From the IMG/VR virus record IMGVR_UViG_2563366977_000005, positions 1 through 39,611 of that record: DNA of 39,611 bases; one strand, given 5' to 3'. The position numbers were made by a program, and so were the translations under genes. The DNA is from a virus (lineage: Duplodnaviria; Heunggongvirae; Uroviricota; Caudoviricetes). Each line of letters opens with the position of its first letter. Within the stretch, counting starts at the first letter, position 1. The notes beneath the pieces are model-generated. The model was not told the DNA's origin and did no database searches. It was given only the letters and a program-made list of their open reading frames with translations. Below are positions 1-10,552 of this stretch, piece by piece.

Positions 1-1158
1 ATGCTCACCGTTAAGCAGATTGAAGCAGCAAAGCCGAAAGAAAAACCATACCGCCTTCTCGATGGTAATGGCCTGTACCTTTATGTCCCTGTGTCAGGGA
101 AAAAGGTATGGCAGCTTCGCTACAAGATTAACGGTAAGGAGAAAATCCTGACCGTCGGAAAATATCCGCTTATGACTTTGCAAGAGGCAAGGGATAAAGC
201 ATGGACTGCGAGGAAAGACATCTCGGCTGGCATCGATCCGGTAAAGGCGAAAAAGGCTTCATCTAACAACAATTCCTTTAGTGCGATTTACAAGGAATGG
301 TACGAGCACAAGAAGCAAGTCTGGTCAGTAGGCTATGCAACTGAACTTGCCAAAATGTTTGATGACGACATTTTACCCATCATCGGCGGTCTTGAGATTC
401 AGGATATTGAGCCGATGCAACTGTTGGAAGTAATCCGCAGATTTGAAGATCGCGGTGCAATGGAGCGAGCCAACAAAGCACGCAGAAGATGCGGCGAGGT
501 TTTCCGTTACGCTATTGTCACCGGAAGGGCTAAATATAACCCGGCACCTGACCTTGCTGACGCCATGAAGGGATACCGCAAGAAGAACTTCCCGTTTCTT
601 CCTGCAGGCCAGATCCCGGCATTCAACAAAGCACTGGCAACATTTTCAGGAAGTATCGTATCGCTCATTGCAACCAAAGTTTTACGCTACACAGCCCTCA
701 GAACAAAAGAGCTTCGTTCCATGCTATGGAAGAACGTCGATTTTGAAAACAGGATTATCACTATCGACGCCAGTGTGATGAAGGGACGCAAAATTCATGT
801 GGTTCCTATGTCAGACCAGGTAGTTGAACTTCTCACTACGCTAAGCTCAATCACCAAACCAGTCTCAGAGTTTGTTTTTGCCGGGCGCAACGATAAGAAG
901 AAGCCAATCTGCGAGAACGCGGTATTGCTTGTGATCAAACAAATCGGCTATGAGGGTCTGGAAAGCGGTCACGGATTCAGGCATGAATTCAGCACGATTA
1001 TGAACGAGAACGAATGGCCTGCTGATGCTATTGAAGTGCAACTGGCACATGCCAACGGCGGATCTGTGCGCGGTATTTACAACCATGCGCAGTATCTCGA
1101 TAAGCGCAGAGAAATGATGCAGTGGTGGGCGGACTGGATTGATGAAAAAGTGGAGTGA
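1..1158 (+). CDS. int: Tyrosine site-specific integrase (385 aa)
   Basis: Full-length ORF; translation resembles P22/KplE1 IntS-type phage integrases as recalled; excisionase ORF ends at the opposite window edge. Confidence 0.9.
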   Translation: MLTVKQIEAAKPKEKPYRLLDGNGLYLYVPVSGKKVWQLRYKINGKEKILTVGKYPLMTLQEARDKAWTARKDISAGIDPVKAKKASSNNNSFSAIYKEWYEHKKQVWSVGYATELAKMFDDDILPIIGGLEIQDIEPMQLLEVIRRFEDRGAMERANKARRRCGEVFRYAIVTGRAKYNPAPDLADAMKGYRKKNFPFLPAGQIPAFNKALATFSGSIVSLIATKVLRYTALRTKELRSMLWKNVDFENRIITIDASVMKGRKIHVVPMSDQVVELLTTLSSITKPVSEFVFAGRNDKKKPICENAVLLVIKQIGYEGLESGHGFRHEFSTIMNENEWPADAIEVQLAHANGGSVRGIYNHAQYLDKRREMMQWWADWIDEKVE

Positions 1159-1311
1159 TCCGCCTTAGCCACTATCGAAGAGCGCAAAGCCTTGCGATAC
1201 AGTGCAAAGCTTTGTGTTCCTCAGTTTTGTCTCATCAACCACAGCAAGTCATCGATCGATTGAGACTTGGATGATAGACTTCATGCCTTTCAGAACTCAT
1301 TGATTACATAA

Positions 1312-1674
1312 ATGTTAAAGCTATTTGCAAAGTACACCTCGATTGGTGTGCTGAACACACTGATACACTGGGTGGTTTTTGGTGTATGTATCTATGCCGC
1401 GCATACCAATCAGGCTCTGGCAAACTTCGCAGGTTTTGTTGTGGCTGTGAGTTTTAGCTTCTTCGCGAATGCAAAATTCACATTCAAAGCATCAACTACA
1501 ACGATGCGTTACATGTTATATGTCGGGTTCATGGGAACACTGAGTGCAACTGTTGGATGGGCTGCTGATAGATGTTCACTTCCTCCAATTGTAACTCTCG
1601 TCACTTTCTCCGCCATCAGCTTGGTGTGCGGTTTCGTCTATTCAAAGTTCATTGTCTTTAGGGATGCGAAATGA
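1312..1674 (+). CDS. gtrA: GtrA, bactoprenol-linked glucose translocase (flippase), 120 aa
   Basis: 120-aa small hydrophobic protein; sequence and size match the GtrA family; 4-bp overlap with the downstream gtrB start. Confidence 0.85.
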   Translation: MLKLFAKYTSIGVLNTLIHWVVFGVCIYAAHTNQALANFAGFVVAVSFSFFANAKFTFKASTTTMRYMLYVGFMGTLSATVGWAADRCSLPPIVTLVTFSAISLVCGFVYSKFIVFRDAK

Positions 1675-2585
1675 AGATATCTCTGGTCGTTCCTGTCTTC
1701 AATGAAGAAGAAGCGATACCAATTTTCTATAAAACGGTACGTGAATTCGAAGAGTTGAAGCCATATGAAGTTGAAATTGTTTTTATAAATGATGGTAGCA
1801 AAGACGCTACGGAGTCAATAATTAACGCTCTGTCCGTTTCAGATCCTCTAGTTGTTCCGCTGTCATTTACACGAAACTTTGGTAAAGAACCAGCATTGTT
1901 TGCAGGGTTAGACCATGCAACAGGTGATGCCGTTATTCCTATTGATGTTGACCTGCAAGACCCGATTGAGGTCATTCCTCATCTGATTGAAAAGTGGCTA
2001 GCAGGTGCTGACATGGTGCTTGCTAAACGATCTGACCGCTCAACTGATGGCAGACTGAAGAGGAAAACCGCCGAGTGGTTCTATAAGCTGCATAACAAAA
2101 TCAGCAACCCGCAGATCGAGGAAAATGTTGGAGATTTCAGGCTAATGTCTCGCGAGGTGGTCGAAAACATCAAACTCATGCCTGAACGCAACCTGTTCAT
2201 GAAAGGAGTATTGAGCTGGGTTGGTGGGAGTACAGATGTTGTTGAATATGCTCGCGCTGAGCGTGTTGCTGGCAGCACTAAGTTTAATGGCTGGAAGCTC
2301 TGGAACCTGGCGCTTGAAGGGATTACCAGCTTCTCAACATTTCCGTTACGCATGTGGACGTACATTGGCCTGTTCGTTGCAGGCCTGGCTTTCCTGTACG
2401 GTGCCTGGATGATCATTGATACGCTTGCATTCGGGAATCCTGTGCGCGGTTATCCATCATTGCTGGTATCAATACTTTTTCTCGGTGGTGTGCAGCTCAT
2501 TGGTATCGGAGTTTTGGGCGAGTACATTGGCCGGATTTATACCGAAGTTAAACAGAGACCTCGCTACTTGTTAAAAGAGAAATAA
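1671..2585 (+). CDS. gtrB: GtrB, bactoprenol glucosyltransferase (GT2 family), 304 aa
   Basis: 304-aa ORF with an N-terminal glycosyltransferase-like region and C-terminal hydrophobic segments; operon position after gtrA. Confidence 0.88.
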   Translation: MKISLVVPVFNEEEAIPIFYKTVREFEELKPYEVEIVFINDGSKDATESIINALSVSDPLVVPLSFTRNFGKEPALFAGLDHATGDAVIPIDVDLQDPIEVIPHLIEKWLAGADMVLAKRSDRSTDGRLKRKTAEWFYKLHNKISNPQIEENVGDFRLMSREVVENIKLMPERNLFMKGVLSWVGGSTDVVEYARAERVAGSTKFNGWKLWNLALEGITSFSTFPLRMWTYIGLFVAGLAFLYGAWMIIDTLAFGNPVRGYPSLLVSILFLGGVQLIGIGVLGEYIGRIYTEVKQRPRYLLKEK

Positions 2586-2586
2586 A

Positions 2587-3900
2587 ATGGCTGAAAGAAT
2601 AAGGTATGTATTCCTTGCAATTTTTTGTGCATTACTGTGCAAGGAGTCAATTGACATATGGATGATGAATAATGGCGACTTCGATAGGGCCATAACACCT
2701 TTCATGAATGGGATCAGACAGTTCTCACATGATGGCACATTACTTTATACCCTGAAGGAAAATTTCAGTTCAATTGTGAACTATGAGTATAAAAGCTCAT
2801 TTAGTTATATTCTTTATTTATACGCTTATGTTATATCGATATTCACACACACATTTGATCTTAGGTTATGGTCATCTCTTTCCAAAATCGTGTATATTTG
2901 TGCGTTATATAAACTATTTGTAGAAATAAACAATAAAAAATATTCTTATCTTTTATTTCCGGTATCAGCATTATTGCTATTTACTCCTTCCATACTTTCA
3001 CAATTCACAGCATTTTATCAGGAGCAAATAGTAATCACTTTACTTCCGGTAATTACTTATATAATTCTTAAAAAAGAAATATCAAGGTTTGATAAAGTAT
3101 TACTAGTTGCATGCGCAGCGCTAATCGCCACATCAAAATCTCAGTTCTTCTATATTCCCATTTTAATTTCTTTAATTTCAATAATATTTATTGACATAAG
3201 AGATAAAAAATTTCACTTAGCTATGGTAATTGCGACGATAATTGCATTGTCATTTTCATTTTTCTCGCCAAGCGCAACTAAAAATAACAGCTATCACTCC
3301 CTTTATTTCGGGACTTTGCTATACAATAAAAGCAATGGAAAAGAAAATCCATCGTGGGCCGTGGACGAATGCATTGGTGTTGATGCATGGGGAAATAAAT
3401 TTGATTTGGATAAGGGAGCTGTTACCACAAAAGATGCTGGAGCCTGCTTCGCAAAAAATAAAGAAAGGGGATTGAAGGATTCTTTGCTTTTGATGCTAAA
3501 GCAACCTTCCATGTTCCTCCTTCTTCCTTTTGATTCTGGAGTTCGAACCCAATTAACTGAAGATTACTTCCATGTCTTCAAGGAAAATAAGCTAATAATA
3601 AGTAAGAGTGTTTTTTTGAATGAAGTTCAAAAAATAAAAGACTCTGCTCTATCAACTGTGAGGATTCCTGTTGCATTTATAGCCATGATAGCATCACTGA
3701 TTTTTATCCGAAAAAAATATTCTGTTGCAATCTTTACATTATCTGCTTTTAGCATCTCTCAGTTTTATATTAGCTTCATTGGCGAAGGATATAGAGATTT
3801 AGACAAGCATCTTTTTGCAATGAACTTTTCATTTGACCTAATGATATTTATAGTACTATCAATTATATTGGATAAGGTAGCATCAGGAATTTATAAGTAA
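2587..3900 (+). CDS. Serotype-specific O-antigen glucosyltransferase (GtrC-type polytopic membrane protein), 437 aa
   Basis: Third gene of the gtr operon; very AT-rich, many hydrophobic segments; no family recognised by eye, so specificity is unknown. Confidence 0.6.
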   Translation: MAERIRYVFLAIFCALLCKESIDIWMMNNGDFDRAITPFMNGIRQFSHDGTLLYTLKENFSSIVNYEYKSSFSYILYLYAYVISIFTHTFDLRLWSSLSKIVYICALYKLFVEINNKKYSYLLFPVSALLLFTPSILSQFTAFYQEQIVITLLPVITYIILKKEISRFDKVLLVACAALIATSKSQFFYIPILISLISIIFIDIRDKKFHLAMVIATIIALSFSFFSPSATKNNSYHSLYFGTLLYNKSNGKENPSWAVDECIGVDAWGNKFDLDKGAVTTKDAGACFAKNKERGLKDSLLLMLKQPSMFLLLPFDSGVRTQLTEDYFHVFKENKLIISKSVFLNEVQKIKDSALSTVRIPVAFIAMIASLIFIRKKYSVAIFTLSAFSISQFYISFIGEGYRDLDKHLFAMNFSFDLMIFIVLSIILDKVASGIYK

Positions 3901-3904
3901 ACAT

Positions 3905-3937
3905 CCCCCCCACAGTTATCCTGGGGGGGGGATTTTA
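3905..3937. terminator. Bidirectional intrinsic terminator between convergent gtrC and tailspike
   Basis: C7 run, 11-nt loop, G9 run, then a T-tract on the + strand; sits between the two stop codons. Confidence 0.6.
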
Positions 3938-5980
3938 TGTAGCGTTAAATCTTGCTCTATAGTCTTTTCCTAATGCTATGAAATCTATGTCAGTGGGAGC
4001 GCCTGCAGTATTGTACATCCTTACAACGAATGAGTTTGCGGTAGGATAACCACCTATTATTCCGTATCCTGGTACCCCTACAGTAGTTATTTCTACAGCC
4101 ACGTTTGCTATATCATGATTTGCATTTACTGTATAAACCCCAGTCGCTCCCCTTGTAACACTGAGTATATTTCTCCTGTTTCCCATTGCTCCAGTCGCAC
4201 CAACAACGCTCACACCAAAAGCGAAGTCAGGAGAGCTTTTCCATTTAACAGTAGCATCCACAACCGGTGATTGTGATGGGATCCATAAGTTATCATAATC
4301 GATAAAAATAGCCTGCTCATTGGCGGAATATCCACTTATACTAACATCTGGCCTCGATGCGCTTGCCGTATAGCCAACCCCAAGGCAGGTATTACCACGC
4401 ATCTCCAGAGTCATAGTTACCCCTGACGGGTAACTATAATTACCACCCAGAACTATTACTTGGCTAACAGGATACTGCGTATCGTTATTGTTGAAGTTAC
4501 TATTTGAAATAACATGCTTGATAGAGCGGTTGTTGCTATGGGTTATGTAGAACGGGTATCCACTAACAGTTTCCACATACAACCCATCTACTACTAACCC
4601 GACGGTGCCGTCAGAACCTCCACCCTGCACGTAGAACCCACGGAATGTAGTGTCCCCCGGAGAACCACACCCTTCAATGCTACCGCCATCAATTTGGAAT
4701 TGTGTAGCGTTAACTATCCATAAACCCTGGTTTTCCATAGTAAGAATCTGTGGGCGAATGAATCTGTTAGCGTTAGGGTTGGCATAACCAGAACCAACCG
4801 TTCCCCCTGCCTCAAACTTCGCCCCACGATAGCCACTAAACCAGCACGGCTCAATCCATGTGCATGACAGTACGCTTTGCGCAAGAAGTTGTTGGTATCC
4901 CCCCGCCCATTTGACACGCTCAATTACTGCCCCTGTCAGGCGGCCCAACTTCATTAAATAGCCAGTTTTGGTAAGGCCTTTCTCTCGAATCTGGAAGTCT
5001 TTCATACCCCAAGTTTGGGTAAAACTATCCAACATGCACGTGATGTTATATGTATCAGTACCCAACGGGGTGCATATAAAGTAACTGCTGTTTATGCCGT
5101 ATCCTTCAATCCGCGGCATGGCTGACGTATTGTCAAAAAAAGCTGGCATACTCACAGCTTTTTCTAAGTGGATAAACCCATACCCAAGCTGAACATGTTT
5201 ACCTAAGGCTGCCGCTGCATTGAAGACATTTTGTAATGCATCACTATGCGCGGATGAAGATGTGGATGTTGATCCATCTCCAATACCAGCCCAATCAGTA
5301 TGAATATGTGTGGCATCACCAATATCTCTCACCCACACGCCACTCCCGGTAGGATCAGTTTCACCCTGACCAGTAACATATGATGAAAGATTTGTGCTGT
5401 AAGGCACGGTCGGGCTGAAGTATATGCAGCCGTCATGCTTAGCTTTCGGAACATTAGCCTGGAAGATAAACTCACCACCACCTTTTGGCTTTCCATATGT
5501 AGTTACACTCCAACCAGCATACCAACTACGTAGTTTTACACGAGCGCCGTCGTTTTTAACAAGACCAAAGAAGTCAGCAGCTGATTGCAACTCCCCTATG
5601 TACGAATAACCTTCCTTGCCAGCCAATAATTGCATTAATGCTTCAGGATCATACCTTACCACATTGTCAAAATAATATTCCTGAGAACCATAAGAGTCGT
5701 AAACAGCAAGACTATATTGTTCATCTGTAATTATTTTATTTATTATTTGACCATTATAAACAGGATGACCACCGGAGTTTATAACAATCGGTTGTGGAAT
5801 CTGTATCTTATTTCCACTCTCATTAACGATATATACTGGAACCTGATTTTCAGGATATACAGGGTCTGTGTCAGGAATACCTACATATATTTTACCATTT
5901 GAAATAGCTTTGAATGAACGCGATGCTGTGTACAGACTCATTGGCATATTTACAAGAATTGACTGTGACGTCTCTGACAT
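3935..5980 (-). CDS. Tailspike protein (681 aa) with P22 gp9-like N-terminal head-binding domain
   Basis: First ~110 aa (SRSFKAISNGKIYVG...PVYNGQ...YDP) align with the recalled P22 tailspike N-terminus; remainder divergent (receptor-binding part). Confidence 0.85.
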   Translation of the reverse strand: MSETSQSILVNMPMSLYTASRSFKAISNGKIYVGIPDTDPVYPENQVPVYIVNESGNKIQIPQPIVINSGGHPVYNGQIINKIITDEQYSLAVYDSYGSQEYYFDNVVRYDPEALMQLLAGKEGYSYIGELQSAADFFGLVKNDGARVKLRSWYAGWSVTTYGKPKGGGEFIFQANVPKAKHDGCIYFSPTVPYSTNLSSYVTGQGETDPTGSGVWVRDIGDATHIHTDWAGIGDGSTSTSSSAHSDALQNVFNAAAALGKHVQLGYGFIHLEKAVSMPAFFDNTSAMPRIEGYGINSSYFICTPLGTDTYNITCMLDSFTQTWGMKDFQIREKGLTKTGYLMKLGRLTGAVIERVKWAGGYQQLLAQSVLSCTWIEPCWFSGYRGAKFEAGGTVGSGYANPNANRFIRPQILTMENQGLWIVNATQFQIDGGSIEGCGSPGDTTFRGFYVQGGGSDGTVGLVVDGLYVETVSGYPFYITHSNNRSIKHVISNSNFNNNDTQYPVSQVIVLGGNYSYPSGVTMTLEMRGNTCLGVGYTASASRPDVSISGYSANEQAIFIDYDNLWIPSQSPVVDATVKWKSSPDFAFGVSVVGATGAMGNRRNILSVTRGATGVYTVNANHDIANVAVEITTVGVPGYGIIGGYPTANSFVVRMYNTAGAPTDIDFIALGKDYRARFNAT

Positions 5981-6079
5981 TTAAGGGCTCCAAATGCAAG
6001 TAATAGACTCAGCGTGGATATGATTGAGATTCATTACATACCAAAATGGTACTATTGAGTGTTTATCCAGTAGGTTACG

Positions 6080-6373
6080 ATGCCATTCCACCCAACTGGT
6101 GAGGCATCAAGGATGTACAGCAAATACGACGAGGCGCAGTTTCACTTGAGACTTCCGCATGAACTCCACGCGAAAATTAAGCAGCGTGCGAAGATGAATA
6201 ACAGGTCGCTGAACTCAGAGATAATTGCAGCGATTGAAGAATCATTGGCTAAACAAAGCTCTGCATCAGTTTACATTGACGATGCAGAGCGTATGGCAGA
6301 ACAACAATCTGATATGGTTAAGAAAATTGTCTTTGATACGCTCAAGGAGCTATATAAAAAAGACAGCAGCTAA
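6080..6373 (+). CDS. mnt: Mnt-like ribbon-helix-helix repressor (alternative start at 6113)
   Basis: FHLRLPHELHAKIKQRAKMNNRSLNSEIIAAIEE and C-terminal ...VKKIVFDTLKELYKK resemble recalled P22 Mnt; divergent from tailspike as in P22 immI. Confidence 0.7.
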   Translation: MPFHPTGEASRMYSKYDEAQFHLRLPHELHAKIKQRAKMNNRSLNSEIIAAIEESLAKQSSASVYIDDAERMAEQQSDMVKKIVFDTLKELYKKDSS

Positions 6374-6393
6374 CCATCAGTTACGGAGGATTT

Positions 6394-6471
6394 ATGCAAA
6401 GAGATATGCTGAACATTGCGTTCTACATATTTGGTTTTTGCACGTTCCTGGTGTTTGCAAAGCTATTCTGA
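6394..6471 (+). CDS. Candidate 25-aa hydrophobic peptide (MQRDMLNIAFYIFGFCTFLVFAKLF)
   Basis: GGAGGA Shine-Dalgarno 4 nt upstream of ATG, directly after mnt stop; single predicted TM helix; below the ORF-track size cutoff. Confidence 0.3.
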   Translation: MQRDMLNIAFYIFGFCTFLVFAKLF

Positions 6472-8460
6472 CAACGCATCAGACTTAGCCCCCTGCGTCA
6501 GAGCGTTAATTGCCTTTTGTGCCTGCTGCATTGCTTTCTCAAAGGCTGTTGATCCGCGTGGGGTGTTTGCCATTCGGAGCATTGCATTTCTGAATGGTTC
6601 GCTCTCATAGGCGCGAGTAAGAAGTCCGTAGCTTACCGCTGCGCCAGTTGTCGCCGGGTTCATTGCCGTCCCATACCCGATAATGAACGGGATGGTTTGC
6701 TGCCCTGTTGGTGTTGTTACTGCCGCTTTTGCAGCCTGCTGCGTGGATTGCAGGTAGTTTTTCAATCCTTTCAGATAAGCGGCTTCCTGACCTTTAAATG
6801 TGATGCCAGTCTGGTTTTGCAGGATGTTAAGCTGCCGAAGGAACTGGTCAGGGGATCCGCCAGATTTCTCCATCGCCTTTCCAATGATGCCATTGCGCAT
6901 TTGCGCCCTGCCAACACGACCAACTGAGTTATACAGCGTCTTAATTTCCGATTTGTTCTTGCTGAATAGCATGTTGTTGACAACTTCCGGCGTCAGGTCG
7001 CCTTTCATGAGAACATTCTTCAGCCTGGTATTCTTTAGTTTCGCCGCTTCGTCAGCGTAGAGGGCATTGGCCTGCTGATATTTACGGAGAGTATCGTTGC
7101 CAAGATTCTGACCAATGGCACCATTGATATCGTCGGTCATTGCCTTGTAAACGCGCTGAATGGCAGCATCGGAACGGTTTGGTAACACTGGTCGCTCCCC
7201 CTTCACGTCCATTCTGAACTGGCTGCGCAGATCGCTTAATTGCTTCAAATCCAGATTTACCGGACCATCAGGACCAGCATTGCGAACAAGCTCATCACGA
7301 TAGGACTGAAGTTTTGAAATAGTCTCGTTATCAGCAACCTTACCAAGCTTCTGCAGGTTAGATATTTCTGTATCAATCTGCTGAATTGCTCTTGCAGGCT
7401 GAATGTTTATTCCAGCCATAGCATTCTGAACCTGCTCCAGTCGATTTCCTGCAGCGCGACGAATTCCTGATGTTTTCGCTTTAAGGCTGTCAATAACAAC
7501 CGCTGGATCATACTCACCGAATTTATCAGCAAATCTCTGCACCAACTGGCTTCTCGCTTCCTGTTGCGTTGCTCTCATTCCGCTTGTGCCAGCCAGAGGG
7601 ATATTTTCTGCTGTAGTCTGCGCCATTTTTCCGACGCGGGAAGTTGGTTGTAACAGGTCTGTGGTGTGCAGAGGAACTCCTTCACGCTCTGCAAATCTGA
7701 TAGCCTGCTGCGCTTCTGGCGCGATAGCACCACGAACGCCACGATAAGCAGCACCTAACCCACGTCCGGCAGCGTTAATAGCACCGCCAGTAAGTACACC
7801 AACGCCTAAATCGGTAGCGAGTGCTTCCGCATCATCTTTCGCACTATTTGCAGCAAGTGACCCGACTGCGTTTTCAGCGAGAAGGCGAGTTGCACCCTGA
7901 GCAATTCTACCAGCGAGTGTTGGTGCCTGTGTTGCCGCTCTCTCAATGCCAGCAGGAGTGAGGTAAGGCAATGCCTCAGCAAATACCCTTCCCTCTGTAG
8001 TTTGTGGAGTCAGCGCGCCTTGCTGAAGGCCAAAGTCCTGCTCTAATCCCTGCGTTGTTACTCGTGGCGCTGGGTGATATGTCCCATCGCCAATTCCGAG
8101 TTTACCGCCAGCCCAAGTCGCCGCGCTTGTTACAGCATCGGCAACTGATGCAGGTATGTTTGCCACGTTCACGCCAGCCTGCACCAGTCCGCGACCAGTC
8201 TCTTTTACTGCTTCGCCAAGATCAGACATAAATCCACTTTGCTGTGGTTGTTGCTGTGCTTCTGGTTGCGGCGTCTCCACTGGCGACACAGATGGCAATG
8301 GATAGGAAGCATAGAAAGCTTGCTTAGCCTGCTCTGCATTTTCTCCGGCTTGCGGGGCAACGACTTCATTGAAGTATTGCTCCTGAGCCTGCGCTTTTTG
8401 TTCTGGTGCTAACGCCTGATACTGTGGAGAGGCGATAACATCTTTCCATGCTTTAGCCAT
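6463..8460 (-). CDS. Ejection/injection protein, P22 gp16-like (665 aa)
   Basis: Position and size in the P22 late gene order (4-10-26-14-7-20-16); Ala/Gln-rich composition typical of ejection proteins. Confidence 0.75.
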   Translation of the reverse strand: MAKAWKDVIASPQYQALAPEQKAQAQEQYFNEVVAPQAGENAEQAKQAFYASYPLPSVSPVETPQPEAQQQPQQSGFMSDLGEAVKETGRGLVQAGVNVANIPASVADAVTSAATWAGGKLGIGDGTYHPAPRVTTQGLEQDFGLQQGALTPQTTEGRVFAEALPYLTPAGIERAATQAPTLAGRIAQGATRLLAENAVGSLAANSAKDDAEALATDLGVGVLTGGAINAAGRGLGAAYRGVRGAIAPEAQQAIRFAEREGVPLHTTDLLQPTSRVGKMAQTTAENIPLAGTSGMRATQQEARSQLVQRFADKFGEYDPAVVIDSLKAKTSGIRRAAGNRLEQVQNAMAGINIQPARAIQQIDTEISNLQKLGKVADNETISKLQSYRDELVRNAGPDGPVNLDLKQLSDLRSQFRMDVKGERPVLPNRSDAAIQRVYKAMTDDINGAIGQNLGNDTLRKYQQANALYADEAAKLKNTRLKNVLMKGDLTPEVVNNMLFSKNKSEIKTLYNSVGRVGRAQMRNGIIGKAMEKSGGSPDQFLRQLNILQNQTGITFKGQEAAYLKGLKNYLQSTQQAAKAAVTTPTGQQTIPFIIGYGTAMNPATTGAAVSYGLLTRAYESEPFRNAMLRMANTPRGSTAFEKAMQQAQKAINALTQGAKSDALSE

Positions 8461-9854
8461 TAATCACCCCATAGTGAAGAAAAGTTACTGCTGGCTGCTG
8501 GCTGTGATACCTGTGCAGGTTGAGATTGCTGCCGCTGAGATTTACCAACATTAACGTTATATTGTTGGTTGTAATTGTTGGTGTATTCCTGAATCTCACG
8601 AATCGACTGCTGCATAGCCTCCGGGCTTGAATAGTCAACCTGCGGCATCCCCTGAAAATACATCTTCGCTTCTGCAACGGTGTTAATACCACTGGCCCCC
8701 ATGTCCCTTGCTGCCGCCACACCCTGATTCTGCATTCTGCCCTGAATACGTTGTGCTGAGTTATATAACTGGCGCTGCTCTTTTCCTGTTAATCGGCTGC
8801 GAACATCAGCACCAATTGCCGGGTTACCTGCGCCGCCGGTCATTCCTGTCATGAAATCGAGAGCAGAAGCGTCTGCATTTGCGATCGCGTCGATATCCTT
8901 CTTCATGGCATAGTTTTGTGCTGATGCAGACGATGTTGCAGGCGCTGCGATTGAACTGGCAGGAACGCGAACCATATTCCCCTCGTTGTCGATGCCTTCG
9001 TAGAACGCATTAGCCCCAGCGCCGTGAAGTTTCCCGCCTACCGTTACAGTTCTGCCATCTGATAACTGAACTGTACGCTCATCATTCCCAGCGGTTCCTC
9101 TTGTTGACGCTCGCTGCATTGCCAAATCCTGACCGCGTCGCGCAGTAGAAGCAGATAAATCCTGACCGCGCATCGTGATGTTCTGACCTCGTGCTGTTAG
9201 CGCCTCGCCAGCCTGATTGCTGCGGATTGTCTCTGCCAGCCTGCCTCGGTCAATTTCACGACCAGCCATCTTGTCCTGAACATTGAAGTAATCAATCGGA
9301 CCAAGCGCAGCCATCCCAAGGTGATCAACAAACTCACCAAATCCTGAAGGATTCTGCTGATACATCTGAGCAACGTTATTAGGGTCAACACCGACGCGAG
9401 TCAGTTCCTTGGCGTTGTTTTGCAGCCATGATTGCATTGCTTCTGGAGACGATGCCGCAAGACGAGCGCCAGCCGCTAAGGTGCCGATAGAATTGCGCTG
9501 GTCTTCATCAATGAATCCCATGCCTTTACGAACGGATTCAATCTGGTCTGGATATTGAGTAGCCAACTGACGCAAAGCACCGCGATCACCAGACGCATAA
9601 GCATTAGCGTATGCCTGCTGAAATTCTTTCTGCCGCTGAGCCTGCTTTTCCTGCTGAAACACCCCCGCAATACCTGAAAGGCCTTGCAAAGCAGTCAGCC
9701 CAACATTGTTAGCGCCTGAACGCTCAATATCATTGTTCTGCCTGATAAGCTGAAGCGTATTGCCGATGTCATTTACGCTCGGAGCGTTTGAGTTTACGCC
9801 GCCGATACCAGCCAACAATCCGCCATTTGATCCTTGCCAAGTAGCCATGATCAC
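8460..9854 (-). CDS. Ejection protein, P22 gp20-like (464 aa)
   Basis: Synteny and size (P22 gp20 about 471 aa); start overlaps upstream stop. Confidence 0.75.
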   Translation of the reverse strand: MIMATWQGSNGGLLAGIGGVNSNAPSVNDIGNTLQLIRQNNDIERSGANNVGLTALQGLSGIAGVFQQEKQAQRQKEFQQAYANAYASGDRGALRQLATQYPDQIESVRKGMGFIDEDQRNSIGTLAAGARLAASSPEAMQSWLQNNAKELTRVGVDPNNVAQMYQQNPSGFGEFVDHLGMAALGPIDYFNVQDKMAGREIDRGRLAETIRSNQAGEALTARGQNITMRGQDLSASTARRGQDLAMQRASTRGTAGNDERTVQLSDGRTVTVGGKLHGAGANAFYEGIDNEGNMVRVPASSIAAPATSSASAQNYAMKKDIDAIANADASALDFMTGMTGGAGNPAIGADVRSRLTGKEQRQLYNSAQRIQGRMQNQGVAAARDMGASGINTVAEAKMYFQGMPQVDYSSPEAMQQSIREIQEYTNNYNQQYNVNVGKSQRQQSQPAQVSQPAASSNFSSLWGD

Positions 9855-9857
9855 CCC

Positions 9858-10550
9858 TTAAAACAACGAGCCAAGCAATCCGATACCAGCACCAATGCCA
9901 GCGCCCCAAGGTGTTGATGTTCCCAAAAGGCTGGCAAGACCTGCACCGGCAATCGCACCAGACGTTCCGCCACTAATTGCTGTCTGAAGACTTGATGGTT
10001 TGTTGGCATTAGCAGCGGCAAGAGCTGCGCTTTGCTGTGCAATGCTGCTCATGTTGTTGGCGTATGTCTGCCCTGCGTTCGCCTGACCTTGCAGCGCACC
10101 AAGGCCAATGTTTGCCAGATTGTTGTAGTTGCTCATCTGGTTTGACAACCACGACTGACCGAGAGTCGGGGCAATCGTGGCCAGTTGATTGCTTGTGGCT
10201 GTCGAGCCAAGTCCACCCGTCGCCTCCGCAGCAGCAAGACTCTGGTAACGCGCCTGACCTGCAAGGTCTTTATACTGCTGAGAGTTGTAATACTGATTAA
10301 GTGCCTGCCCCTGACCTTCTAAACTGGAAAGATTCTGCAACTGGTTAACATACTGCTCCGCAAGAGGCGTGAACGGAGCAAGGTTTTTCATGATCGTCTG
10401 CCACTGCTGATTTTGCAGGTCTGCGGCATACTTCTGAGCTTCTGCTGCATACTTTGCGCTTTTATCAGAGCTGCCACCTTTCCCGCCTTTTTCAGGGCAA
10501 TAAGGTTCCTCGCCGCGCAGTTTTCTGCCCAGCTTAAATGCATATAACAT
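9858..10550 (-). CDS. Ejection protein, P22 gp7-like (230 aa)
   Basis: Synteny and size (P22 gp7 about 229 aa); Gly/Ala-rich C-terminus. Confidence 0.75.
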   Translation of the reverse strand: MLYAFKLGRKLRGEEPYCPEKGGKGGSSDKSAKYAAEAQKYAADLQNQQWQTIMKNLAPFTPLAEQYVNQLQNLSSLEGQGQALNQYYNSQQYKDLAGQARYQSLAAAEATGGLGSTATSNQLATIAPTLGQSWLSNQMSNYNNLANIGLGALQGQANAGQTYANNMSSIAQQSAALAAANANKPSSLQTAISGGTSGAIAGAGLASLLGTSTPWGAGIGAGIGLLGSLF

Positions 10551-10552
10551 GG

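Noticed and set aside
865-1086. 73-aa antisense ORF inside the integrase gene, and similar short ORFs inside the tailspike, ejection, portal, terminase and helicase genes
   Set aside because: All are fully contained in long, well-supported genes on the opposite strand or in an alternate frame.
1157-1258. Dam/OxyR phase-variation switch upstream of gtrA
   Set aside because: Only two GATC sites are present in the int-gtrA intergenic region, so the four-site paired arrangement described for Salmonella gtr operons is not supported here.
1159-1311. attP core or tRNA fragment between int and gtrA
   Set aside because: No tRNA-like 3' end or cloverleaf is visible; the window appears to be an integrated prophage with its att sites outside the int and xis boundaries.
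6225-6610. ORFs 6225-6488 and 6416-6610 on the + strand
   Set aside because: They overlap mnt or the gp16 3' end in alternate frames with junk-like composition; only the SD-preceded 25-aa frame was kept as a candidate.
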